The position numbers were made by a program, and so were the translations under genes. Positions 41,465 through 52,039 of a stretch of DNA of 64,000 nucleotides are shown here, one piece after another (position 1 is the stretch's first letter; every line of letters starts with the position of its first letter). Source of the DNA: Podarcis tiliguerta (lineage: Eukaryota); NCBI GenBank assembly GCA_965153285.1, contig OZ229112.1; one strand, given 5' to 3'. The notes below the pieces were generated by a model. That model searched no databases, had not been told where the DNA came from, and saw nothing but the letters and a program-made list of their open reading frames with translations.

Positions 41465-41549
41465 CTGTACAACAGCAAGTGCTGGTTTAAATGTAGGATG
41501 CTGTCTCTGCAGTAAATTCAGGGCTTTCCTTGAACTCTCAATGATTTCA
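41465..41549 (-). CDS. MTHFD1L: MTHFD1L exon 2
   Basis: 85 nt, EIIESSRKALNLLQRQHPTFKPALAVVQ, AG/GT flanks. Confidence 0.92.
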
Positions 41550-41966
41550 CTTTTAAAAATAAAAATATGATCTGTATTAGTATATAATATAACTTTATTT
41601 CCATGATCTCACCAGCTAGCACATGATTACCCTTTCTGGATTACCCACAAAGACAATTGCTCATTTTGAGCATATCATATCATATTTTGAGCAGAGCATA
41701 TCATGAGCCAATATGCAATATCTAGCAACATCAAAATAGCAAAAAAACCATCCAATCCTACAGCAACAGTTAAGATATAAAGGCTACAATCCTAAGCACA
41801 CGTACTCCCATGTAAGTACCATTGAAGATACCTCAGATCTACAAAGAAACTATTTGTTTTCAGAATGTTATTCACATTATAATTATACATTTATTTAAAA
41901 CATTTTAACCTGTTTAGCCAAAAAGGCCCGCAGGGCAGCTTACAAAGATAAGCAGTATGACCACTA

Positions 41967-42198
41967 CAATGGTATCTCTGGTTACGAACTTAATTCGTTC
42001 CGGAGGTCCATTCTTAACCCAAAACCGTTCATAACCTGAGGTGTGCTTTTGCTAATGGGGCTGCTGCGCTGCTAGCGCGCAACTTCTGCTCACATCCCTG
42101 GGCAAAGTTCGCTCCCAGGAGCATCTACTTCCGGGTTAGCGGAGCTCGTTAATTGAAGCGCTTGTAAGGAGGACGGTATGTAACCCGAGGTTCCACTG
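41967..42198. mobile_element. Tc1/mariner-type MITE
   Basis: TIRs CAATGGTATCTCTGGTTAC / GTAACCCGAGGTTCCACTG, TA flanks; related in opposite orientation to 44164-44389. Confidence 0.82.
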
Positions 42199-42350
42199 TA
42201 GTTTTGGCCTTTAATTAGTTCTATACCAAGGTTCACTAATACACAATATATATCTGTATAGTTGGTCTTCAATGACTGATTTCCCAGTACAAAATACCCC
42301 CAAGCTATGTTATTTTACGAATGAGGCACACATGTGCAAAAGTGCACCTT

Positions 42351-42544
42351 CATAGGAACACAGAAAGCTGCCTTATACCCAATCAAACCACTGATCCAAC
42401 TTGCTCTGTACAGACTATACTGACTGGCAGAAGCTCTCTTGGATTTTAAGCAGGGTTTTCTCCCAGCCATAGCTGGGGATGCTGGAGGTTGAAAATGAGA
42501 CCTTCTGCATGCAAAGCAGATGCCCTACCATTGACCCATGGCCC
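42351..42544 (-). mobile_element. Old tRNA-derived SINE
   Basis: Decayed tRNA-like head (GGGCCATGGGTCAATGGTAG...TTGCATGCAGAAGGTC) with CR1-like tail. Confidence 0.6.
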
Positions 42545-43172
42545 TGCTCCTAATACACATATACACACAATATTGTTACATATTTCCCCAATCTCAGAGC
42601 GGTGTGAGAGTCCAGGAGCTCCCCCACGGTCTGTGTTTCCTTTGGCAATGAGGCACAACAGAGACCGTGGTGCTTTTATGATATATGACTTATTTACACA
42701 CATATACAATTGAGCCTAGGAGGGAAGGGTTTAAAGCATTAAACTTCAAATTAGCTCCATTTCTCCCATTGCTCCAGCCTCCGATTCAGGTTTTGTGCTC
42801 TGACCCTGCTTGCTGCATTTAACAGACTGACACATTTTCCCCTCCCACTTACATCATCCCAAATTGAAATCCCTAAACTCCCTCCTAAAAACTCTGGCAT
42901 TCTCTTCTGCTAACTTCCCAGAGCTCAGGGCAGGGCTCCACCCATTTGCAGCTGGCACAGTCTTCGCTTTGCTGATGGCTTATCTCTCTGTCTGTGTACT
43001 CTGTTAACAACTCATACTTAGCAGCCATTATCAGGCTGGCCTGTATTTTGACACTGCTAAATTCAGCCAAGCATTGATTAAACTTCAACATTTATCAAAT
43101 CCAGGAATTATGGGTGTCTTGCACCCACAAACTCTGGCACCCACAAATTCATTAACAATACATTATAGATGA

Positions 43173-43321
43173 AGGGTGGTCAGATGCAGAAAAAAAGGCC
43201 AAGGCTCCTACAGCTTTAGTAGTTGTGTGGATGTAGGAGTTTGTACACCTGCAGAAACTGCATATTCTACACAACTGTTAAAAGTGTAAGAGCCCTTTCC
43301 CCTTCTGCATCTGGCCACCCT
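43173..43321. mobile_element. Palindromic MITE
   Basis: TIRs AGGGTGGTCAGATGCAGAA / TTCTGCATCTGGCCACCCT. Confidence 0.7.
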
Positions 43322-43897
43322 ACATCTATTAACATAAAGCCAGAGGTCATGCTTCATGAAACCAAGGTATTAAATTGATGCTGCATTGGGAGACCTTGAT
43401 CCCAAGGTGCTAGTATCTCAAGAGGTTCTTTCCGCACATATAGCTGAAGCGTGTTCCTGTATTTGTCTACTCAAAAGTCCCACTGCATTCAGTGGAACTT
43501 ACTCCCTAGTAAGTCACCACAGGACTGCAGCCTTAGCATAGCAAACTGAGAAGAAGCTTCTTTTGCTAAATGTATATTAGATGATGAAAAAGTTGGCAGT
43601 CCTAGAAATTCAGCCTTTTGTGGAACTTGTACAGTATAAATGTAAGCATGTTTACTTAGAAGTTAGCCAAACTCGGCTCATTGAAATTTGCTTCCAAGTA
43701 ATCAAATTAAGACTGGTGGTGTTAAAGGAATAGTGCCTTTCTTGAGTGTGCACTCTGGAATAGCTCTGCAGGGCAGAATCTTCTGCCACAGAGAACAAAT
43801 TATGGAGATAAATTTCCAAGAGATTAACTGCTACCTGTTAAGGGAGCCTTAAAGGAAAAGGAGTTCTTTACAATAAAAAAAATTGGCGCCCTAGACA

Positions 43898-44044
43898 CAG
43901 TGGCATAGCGTGGGGGGTGCAGGGGGGGCCGGCCGCACCGGCCGCAACATCTGGGGGGTAGGGTTAGGGGGCGCAAATCCACGGGTTAGGGGGCGCAAAT
44001 TACTTGCCTTGCCCCGGGTGCTGACAACCCACGCTACGCCACTG
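43898..44044. mobile_element. hAT-type MITE
   Basis: TIRs CAGTGGC(A/G)TAGCGTGGG / CCCACGCTACGCCACTG; perfect 8-bp TSD CCTAGACA. Confidence 0.9.
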
Positions 44045-44163
44045 CCTAGACAGTGCTGCATACAGCGATGACAGAAAGCCAAAATAGGTTGGATAGCCAT
44101 GTCTATGAGGCAACTCTGAAAATGGCAACTGCCCTCACAGGATCCAGTCACTTGATTTTATTA

Positions 44164-44389
44164 CAGTGCTACCTCGGGTTACATACGCTTCAGGTTACAG
44201 ACGCCGCTAACCCAGAAATAGTACCTCGAGTTAAGAACTTTGCTTCAGGATGAGAACAGAAATCGTGCTCCAGTGGCGCGGCAGCAGTGGGAGGCCCCCT
44301 TAGCTAAAGTGGTGCTTCAGGTTAAGAACAGTTTCAGGTTAAGAAGGGACCTCTGAATCGAATTAAGTTCTTAACCCGAGGTACCACTG
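44164..44389. mobile_element. Tc1/mariner-type MITE
   Basis: TIRs CAGTGCTACCTCGGGTTA / TAACCCGAGGTACCACTG, TA flanks. Confidence 0.85.
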
Positions 44390-44619
44390 TATTGTGTTTT
44401 TCACTGGGTTGTAAATCATCTTTGGGATTTATTATATTTCAATTTATATGTAGATTTATTTATTTTATATCTATCCATCTGTTGGCATCCGTCTTTCTCA
44501 AGAGATGATGGAAGAGAGAGACAGAATCTATATATAATTGGTGGGTGGGGGTCTGGAGAAAGATATAAATAAGCAACTTCCAATGAACCTAAATGAACTC
44601 CGATTTGAGTTAGTAGCTC

Positions 44620-45430
44620 TGGAAGCGGGGAGTGAAAGCTGGCGCTCAGGGGGCCAATAAGAAGCCGCGCTTCTCGCTTCTTCGCAGCGGATTGGCTCCC
44701 GGAGACGGATTGGCTCCTCCTTCCCCCCCTTCTCCTCCGCAATGCATCTGCGTTATTGCATCAGACACAACAGCCAGCCCGGAGGCGGAGCCCTCCTCCC
44801 CACGTGGAGGCGAATGGCCGAGTGCCGGCTACGAACTAGAAGCGCTGGCGGCGGGACCAGGCACTTCCCACCCACCCCCGTTCTGCAAAAGGGGACCCGT
44901 CCGCTCACCTGGCCGCCGAGCCCCGTAGCCCTCCGCTGCCGGACCCTCGCTGCTTGTCCAGGCGGCCCCACGTGCCGCAGATGCCCCGGGGGAGCAGGAG
45001 CGCGCCTGGGCAGCCGCTTCCAGGGCGCAGCAGAGGCAGAGCCCCGCAGCCCACCTTCTTTCCGCCGTGCTTGGCTGCAGCCGGTGTCGCCGGTCTCCAC
45101 GCCAGGCGACGGAGGACAGAGAGCCGCATGGCTGCGAGAGGAAGGACGCGAGGGAAGCTGCTGCTGCTGTCGGGGCTCCCTGGCGGGGAGGCGGAGTTGT
45201 TGGCTTCTGGGGAAGGACGTGGCGCGGGGAGGGGCGCCCGACGGGCAAAGCGTGGCCGGCTCCAAGAAATGCCTGCGAAAGGCGGGGGCCCGGCGGAGCC
45301 TCGGCGCCTCGCTTGCCCCTCCGGGCATAGACTCGTCCGCAAAGCTCCCCTCAGGTGGTGAGCGAGCGGGTTGTCCTCTCCAGCGGACCCAGGGCAAGTG
45401 CCATGGCCCTCGCTTCCCCTGAGCAAACGT
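44620..45430. promoter_or_regulatory. CpG island / MTHFD1L promoter, exon 1 and proximal intron 1
   Basis: Abrupt GC- and CpG-rich block in AT-rich surroundings; GC boxes upstream of the ATG; CACGTG at 44801 and 44969; TGATGCAAT (minus) at 44755-44763; three CCAAT boxes at 44654, 44691, 44709. Confidence 0.88.
44909..45129 (-). CDS. MTHFD1L: MTHFD1L exon 1 (mitochondrial presequence)
   Basis: GCCATGC start, MRLSVLRRLAWRPATPAAAK..., Arg-rich with no acidic residue for >50 aa; AG|GTGAG donor, phase 2; inside CpG island. Confidence 0.88.
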
Positions 45431-45788
45431 CCTCACTTGGAAACATTGGCCTTATAATGAACATTGGGGTGGGGGGCATGTTAGTCTTTGCTAACTTGGA
45501 AATAAATCCCACGGAAAGCAGCTGGCCTTACTTCAAAGGAAACGGGAAAAGAGGGACGAGGAGAAATATTTGGTAATTAAAACTGCCAACCACCGCTTCA
45601 GCGTCTGCTGCTGCTGCTTGCAGAATCTTCCTTTGAATTTGAAGAGCATCTCACCCGGCTGGCAGCAGACTCTGGCTTTTCCCACAGTACCTCTGCGTTG
45701 TGCCTTTTCTGGGGCATTGTGGGAAATGAAATTTGAAATGGTGGCCACCTACCACTGGTTACAAGGGGCCCAGGACAACACTTGGCAC

Positions 45789-46087
45789 CAGTGGCGTAGC
45801 GTGGGGGGTGCAGGGGGGCCGGCCGCACCGGGCGCAACATCTGGGGGGCATGCGCTCGCACTCGCAGCTCTCTGCCCCTACGTGGCTCACTCACTCACTC
45901 TCACTGCAGTGCTGGCTGTGCGAATCCGAGCCGCCGGGTCGCCGCCCACTGTGGAGGGGAGGGTGCCAGGCATGCGGTGCGGTGCGGAGAGAGAGCGAGG
46001 GACTATCTGGGGGAGGGACAGTGCAGCGGGGGGGGGCGCAAATTACTTGCCTTGCCCCGGGTGCTGACAACCCACGCTACGCCACTG
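45789..46087. mobile_element. hAT-type MITE (same family, longer interior)
   Basis: Same TIRs; perfect 8-bp TSD CTTGGCAC. Confidence 0.9.
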
Positions 46088-46946
46088 CTTGGCACCAATT
46101 ATTAGTAGGAAGAAAGGCTGCAGCATGATCAGTAGGATACCCAGCGTTTTGAAGAAGCCCTTTGGCAAGGAGCGGAAATGGTTCTTTCTTAATAAAAGCC
46201 GGTGCTAGAGCTCACAAAAGCATCTGTCCATGTTTCTACAGCTTTTATTGGTGCCTCAGTGCCAGTGGTCCCAAGTCAGGGGTGCATCTTGTCATCCCAA
46301 ACCACAGTGTCCTACTGCTACATGGATACTATGTTCATTTTTCTACTCTGGGAGAACCTGTGCTACTCCTAGCCTATGAACCAGAGTGATGATATAACAC
46401 TACACTAGGTTTTCAGGACCCCAGGGATTGCTAATATCTGGTGTCTGAACAAATGAACAACAAATCACAGCTCTCACTTCACTTATTGACTAAAAATACT
46501 GAGGGCCAGAAGCAACCTACTAAGCTGGCTCATTTCACAGCAATTGCTTAGAAGGATACCTGTATATTTTGCTTCATATTTCACCCCCTCTTCCTGGAGG
46601 GCTAAATATTTACCCTTTCCCCCCAAATAAAAGCTCACAAATCCAGGCCCTCTGCCCAGGGTGCCAATGAAGGCCTTCACAGGCACCATGGCACCCACAG
46701 GCTTTAGCTGGTTGACCCCCGTAATACATTATACTAGAACACACTCTTTGTTTTGGATCTGTATCTTATATTAATATATTCACCAATGCTGGCCCTTCCC
46801 AGCTGATTCAGTGAATGATAAAAGCCAAGCAAAGGAGGCAGTGGCAAAAGTTGCAAAGGGGTGAATCCCCTTGGTACACTGCACAGTGAAACATTTAATT
46901 AACAAAACAGACTACATTTTCTTTTTCAATTTTGCTGCAAATAGTA

Positions 46947-46952
46947 TTTATT
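46947..46952 (-). terminator. Probable PLEKHG1 polyadenylation signal (AATAAA)
   Basis: AATAAA on the minus strand with a GT/T-rich tract (GTAGTCTGTTTTGTT) ~30-45 nt downstream, at the end of an AT-rich, repeat-poor 3'UTR-like segment; alternative AATAAA at 48381-48386. Confidence 0.55.
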
Positions 46953-49900
46953 CCCCCCCCCCCCATGGCAGCTATTACTTACATATTTTCAGGTTTGGCA
47001 TGCTTTAAACTCCGCTTTTAAGCATAACAAAATGAGAAAAAGCTTTACTGAAGAATATTCTACATGTACATACATTTTTTACATCTTCCTTAAAAAAAGA
47101 CTCCTTACATGAAAAAAGTGCAATGTAGAGGTTGTCTCTAACCAGTAGAATAAAATGCTAACAAATGATTTGCAGAAATTAGAAAATACGCAGTGTGAAT
47201 CCATCCAGAATGACTTCATTGTGAACCCTGTCCAGTAGAATCATGCTAACACTATCAACAAATAGTACAGAAATACATTAAAACCAGAGTATTTTACAAA
47301 CAATGTTACATGGTTAAAAATTATAAACCTCCTTTCAAATGTTCTTTACAAAAAGTTGCAAAAGAGAGGTATGACTCTTCAAAAGAAAAGAGAAACCCAC
47401 CTTTAAACTAAAAAAATGTGATGAGTCTGCTATGACCTATCTAATTTGCAGCACATGTCATATTGACTCCTCTGCTGCATCCTTAATTCTCTGGCTCTAT
47501 TGTTGCAGTTTTAGTAATGGCTGCTATTTCCCTACTGTGCCCTCACATTACACTTTTGTGCTACCCACTGCCATGAATGAAGTAATGTGCTCAGGAGAGT
47601 TCAGACGGTAAAATGGACCCACTAACCTACAATGTGGGTGGTGGTCTTGAAGAAGACCCTCAAATGAACTCGCCTTTTGTGTACCAAGAAACAGCTGCTT
47701 TTGATTCCATTCACATTTGTATTGTCCTGAGGCTGCAGAAAATTTATATATTTAATTTGCTCTGCTCATTTGAGAAGGCTGTGCAACAAAGTGAATTTAA
47801 CCTTCTGTGTTACAATATGAAGGAATATATATTAGTGTCTTCAGGAAGAAAAGATGCATGGTATTTCCAACTGTTCATTTACCAAGTTCAAACCAGGTTG
47901 ACAATGGCATTCTTTTGCTATTTTGGCTACATAGGTTTTGCATGAGGAACTGTAGTATTTATAAAATCTAGATCTGCTCTTTTGTTGGGAGTACTTTTCT
48001 TTCTAACTGGTATTTTTGGGAAAATGGCAACTGAAGATGTTAGACAGCGTAAGTCAAGCTCCCTACAAAGCATGAACTAGATACAAGGTTGGCAGCTCAT
48101 TTGAGAATTGAAAACCAGTATTACCCTTGTTTTTATGGAAACATTTTCCAGGGCTCAACTACTTGTGAATTCAGCTGTTTGCTTTTCTGCCAGCAAAGCA
48201 AAAAGTACCCCAAACATATTATTGCTTGTTCCTAACAAAGCTATGTGTTCCATTGAGCATATATCTCATTACTTTATCAGATTAATAAAATTCCTCTGTC
48301 GTTACAAAGGAACCCAAATGTGCCTATTGTTAATGCACTCAAATTAATTTCTTTTACTATTATTTACATTATTTTACATTTTTATTAAATAAAAATTGAA
48401 GTTTGCTAATTTAATATATACTTGCATTAGTCATAATCTATTTTACTAGACATAGCTTGAATTGCAGTCAGCTCTTCAATGAAACTGGGACAGCCTTGTG
48501 TATAAGAAATTTTGAGATCGTGGTAAACCAGAAATAAAATCCCAACATTCTTGAAGTAGTATTTCAAAAATTAAAAAGCATTTGTTGCACGAAGTTCAGA
48601 TAAATTCATAAACCACAAAGCTTTCAATATCTATTTTTGGTAGAATGGAATATACACTCATCACTTGCAGGATTTTGTCAAAAAATGCCTGTAAAAGCAA
48701 CTTTTTGACATTCTAAAATGTATGAGGGCTACTGTGCCTTGTGCTAGAGCAAAGTGGAGTGCTTTTAAGTGGAAAAGAGAGAACTCCCACCCTTGGCAAA
48801 ATGCATTTCAATTTCATTTATATCACTGTTATATGTCCTTCATCTGAAAACTGGTTAAACATTGTGTGTTTGCACACCGTATTTTTCCCCCCAAGTAAAA
48901 ACACTACTGCTTCCAAGCTAAAGCTATGCAAAAAATAAGACAACAGAATACACAGCAGCATAAACAACAAGAGTCAACTCTATTCAGGTATTTGGTACCT
49001 GCTCATACTAAATCTGTGAAGGGGTTATTGAGAATGTACAGACATGGGTGCTTTTCATGTTCTCCCAGCCCATGTGTGATAAGCATCAGTCTAAAAGGTT
49101 GGGCTATGTGAGCATGGATGTGCAAGTGAACAGCTCCTGCCCCAGGAACAGCTATCAATCAGCTCTGTGGAGGGAGCCATACCTGCATACAGATGGACCT
49201 ATTCAGACGGATGCCAGGACATGGCCAGCATGTGTGTCAGTATTTAGATGGCGATAACAGCTTGTGCTATCTCAGTGTTCCTTTGTACGTTTGACATTTA
49301 TGGGTACTAAACATCTGATTAGGGCTGCTTATTACTTTCATGTGATAAAAGGGAGACAAAAAGGAATGTAGTGTATTGAAATAAAAGGATACCAACTGAA
49401 ACAAATGGGGGAGGGGGATCCCTTTAAGCTAAATGGGCCTGAACTATCTCTAGTTTGTGTTCAGTAATGTATAGGTTTGAATTACTAGTGTCAGGAAACT
49501 GTTTCCAAAACAGGGAGTTCCAGCTACCCTGCAGGCTTGAATTGGAGAAAGGTGCTTTGCTGCTTGATCCCACAGATTCCATTTTGGTCTGTACAACAAG
49601 TGCACATTTTATTTATCAAACCTACTTGGAAAAGTGGGCTGCGGAAACGTAAGGAGGGAATCTTAACGCTATTGGACTTAAGCGACAATACAACAATAAG
49701 CTTCAGTCCAATCACAGTATTTCATACCCCACTTGATGAAAATATATGTGCAGTCCTTTAAGCAAGTAAACCTGAGAGTACTCTTTCTTTATCTTTCACT
49801 GATATTTCACTGCACATTTCACATAATATGCCAGTCCCTCCCCCCCTTGCTTTTCAGCATTAATGCCATTCCTAGAACAAAATCAGAATTCTGGCCTACA

Positions 49901-50155
49901 TGACTGGCTCTCATAAATCATTGCCATGATTTCAGCATATGGGACACTGTTAAGAATGGATGCAAGGAAAAGCTAGCCAGAAATCTGCCTGCAACGTAAA
50001 GCCAGTCAATAACTTGACAGTGCAAAACTAGTCACTTTAAATTTCTCACTATATGATCGTTAAAATATACACACTACAATGTACACTACCAGTATAGGCA
50101 GCCCTATTATAACTTTGTCAGCATTAAGGCATAATGTTAGGAATAAAAAAAAAAA

Positions 50156-51207
50156 TCAAGCAAAGCTGCTTGAGCTAAGACACTGAAATTTTTCCCTTAA
50201 GGACTGGACAATGTTCTGCTGATTAGGAGATGGTACCCTCCATAGGTAATCATTCAATTTATCTGAATCACTACATGTGGCCAGGAAAGAGTCTGATGCC
50301 TTAGCAGGAGCCAGGGGCATATTTTTGTCACTACAAGTTTCTGAAGCGGCGCAATGTATATTTATGTTTGGATCCGAGAGTTTTGTTTGGTTGTAGAAAC
50401 TCTCTAAATCGGAGCCCTCATCTTCAGATTTTATTTCAACATAGTCGTCATCATCCCCTTCTCCATCATCAGTGTCTTTGAAGTTAGAAAAATAGTTCTG
50501 GGTAGCAATTTGTGCATTTGAGAGCAAGTTTCTGTTAACTCTAAGAATTTTTTGAGAATCCTGCAGAATCATTTCAGAGCAATTCTCAAGGCTTTGCTTT
50601 GCTCCATCACATGCTGCAAGTCCTGGGGTGGCGCCTGGCACAGATTCTTTATAGTGTTCAGAGAGAAAGTTCCTGTCTGAATGCAGCTGCTTCTTGTCCA
50701 TTTCATGTGGATAATTTATTGAATCCCCAGACTTGCTGGCCACAATAGAGGAAGATGATTGTGACCTGCTGTACATCTGTGACTTTGCATTGTTTTCCCG
50801 TCTTCCTAAAGAGTTAAAAACCTGACTGTGGTGCAAGTTCTCTTTGTTAGGCTGACTTATAATTGCGCTCCACCTTTGTGCAGGAATGTGCGGGCGAAGA
50901 GGAGTCTGAAGGGAAGGCACTGAACAGGCCGCCGGCAACTGTCTCTGCTTTGCACTCATTTCCGAAGGGGAGCTTCTGGCCTTCAGGTGTGGGACTTCCG
51001 ACCAGGGAGAGAAATCTGAGAGTTCCACATTACTGTATGTTGAGTGCAACCAGTCCTCTGCTCTGAAGCATTCCGCAGCTAACTGAGATGTTGACACTGG
51101 TGAGGAATACCTTACGTTTGATGGGTCTTGAGAACTGGTCTTTTGGGGTGAGGTTTCCCGAAAAACAATCTGATCGTAGAGCTGGGAATATTCAGCAATT
51201 CTGGCAC
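50156..51207 (-). CDS. PLEKHG1: PLEKHG1 terminal coding exon
   Basis: GARIAEYSQLYDQIVFRE...[20 protein letters not shown]; TTTAG acceptor, phase 1. Confidence 0.96.
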
Positions 51208-51437
51208 CTAAAGAAAAGTGTGACAGAGGACACAATGGTCAAAACAAAGTTGCATTGCATATTATTAAAAGGCTGTAACATGGGAATTAAATTTATAGCG
51301 TAGTAAGGACGCATCTTTTTAATAAGTCCTGTTGATTCTAATAGGTCTCACTGACAAGTAAGCATGCATAGGATTGTAGCCTTAGCTATATTACCCACTC
51401 TATTAGAGCCTTATTTGGATGTTATTACTACTATACA

Positions 51438-51517
51438 GAAGACAGGAGTGCCTGGCGTGCTCTGGTCCATGGGGTCACGAAGAGTCGGACACGACTAAAC
51501 GACTAAACAACAACACA
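51438..51517 (+). mobile_element. BovB/RTE 3' terminal fragment
   Basis: GGTCCATGGGGTCACGAAGAGTCGGACACGACTAAACGACTAAACAACAAC; ACTATACA on both sides. Confidence 0.82.
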
Positions 51518-51554
51518 ACTATACACAACTATGCACAACTACTATACACAACGT

Positions 51555-51850
51555 TTCGAATCCCCGCGATGGGGTGAGCTCCCATTGCTCAGTCCCTGCT
51601 CATGCTAACCTAGCAGTTTGAAAGCACATCAAAGTGCAAGTAGATAAATAGGTACTGCTCTGACGGGAAGGTAAATGGTGTTTCCGTGCACTGCTCTGGT
51701 TCGCCAGAAGCGGCTTAGTCATGCTGGCCACATGACCCAGAATCTGTACACTGGCTCCCTTGGTCAATAAAGTGAGATGAGCGCTGCAACCCCAGAGTCG
51801 TCCACGACTGGACCTAATGGTCAGGGGTCCCCTTTACCTTTACCCTTTAC
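51555..51850 (+). mobile_element. Sauria SINE, 5'-truncated
   Basis: Begins at B box TTCGAATCC, ends CCTTTACCTTTACCCTTTAC. Confidence 0.9.
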
Positions 51851-52039
51851 TATTATACAATTAAGATCACAGAGGGAGAGTGGGGGGCTTACATATGCTA
51901 GCCGCCGCCAGGCCCACACCTACAGTATCCACAAAGGGGGACATGCATGGGCTGCTAAGCTACCTGTGTGTACCTCCTCCAAAGGCATTCAAAGTATTCA
52001 GTGTAAGAATGGTTTAAAACAACAACATTGTCACCATAC

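Larger units (their letters stand above)
1648..45129 (-). other. MTHFD1L: MTHFD1L gene span, coding exons 1-20 (3' exons lie left of the window); mitochondrial monofunctional C1-THF synthase
   Basis: 20 exons join in one frame: Arg-rich presequence, degenerate dehydrogenase/cyclohydrolase domain, then FTHFS motifs ([50 protein letters not shown]). The gene lies next to PLEKHG1, as in other amniotes. Confidence 0.97.

Noticed and set aside
43955-43995. Interstitial telomere repeat
   Set aside because: Only two or three isolated TTAGGG-like units, inside a MITE.
1648-45129. Assignment as cytosolic trifunctional MTHFD1
   Set aside because: Mitochondrial presequence, missing YxxxK and GRS motifs, and PLEKHG1 adjacency all indicate MTHFD1L.
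45130-45426. In-frame N-terminal extension of MTHFD1L in the ORF track, and upstream ATGs at 45328 and 45404
   Set aside because: The extension starts at a non-ATG codon and would mask the presequence; the TSS is unknown and probably downstream of these ATGs.
44742-45436. 226-aa (+) and 227-aa (-) ORFs and other overlapping ORFs over MTHFD1L exon 1
   Set aside because: Expected from stop-codon scarcity in a GC-rich CpG island; low-complexity Pro/Arg/Gly/Ala content and no recognisable domain.
51500-51555. CRISPR-like or regularly spaced repeats
   Set aside because: 10-bp tandem units without spacers, in a vertebrate intron next to retroposon ends.
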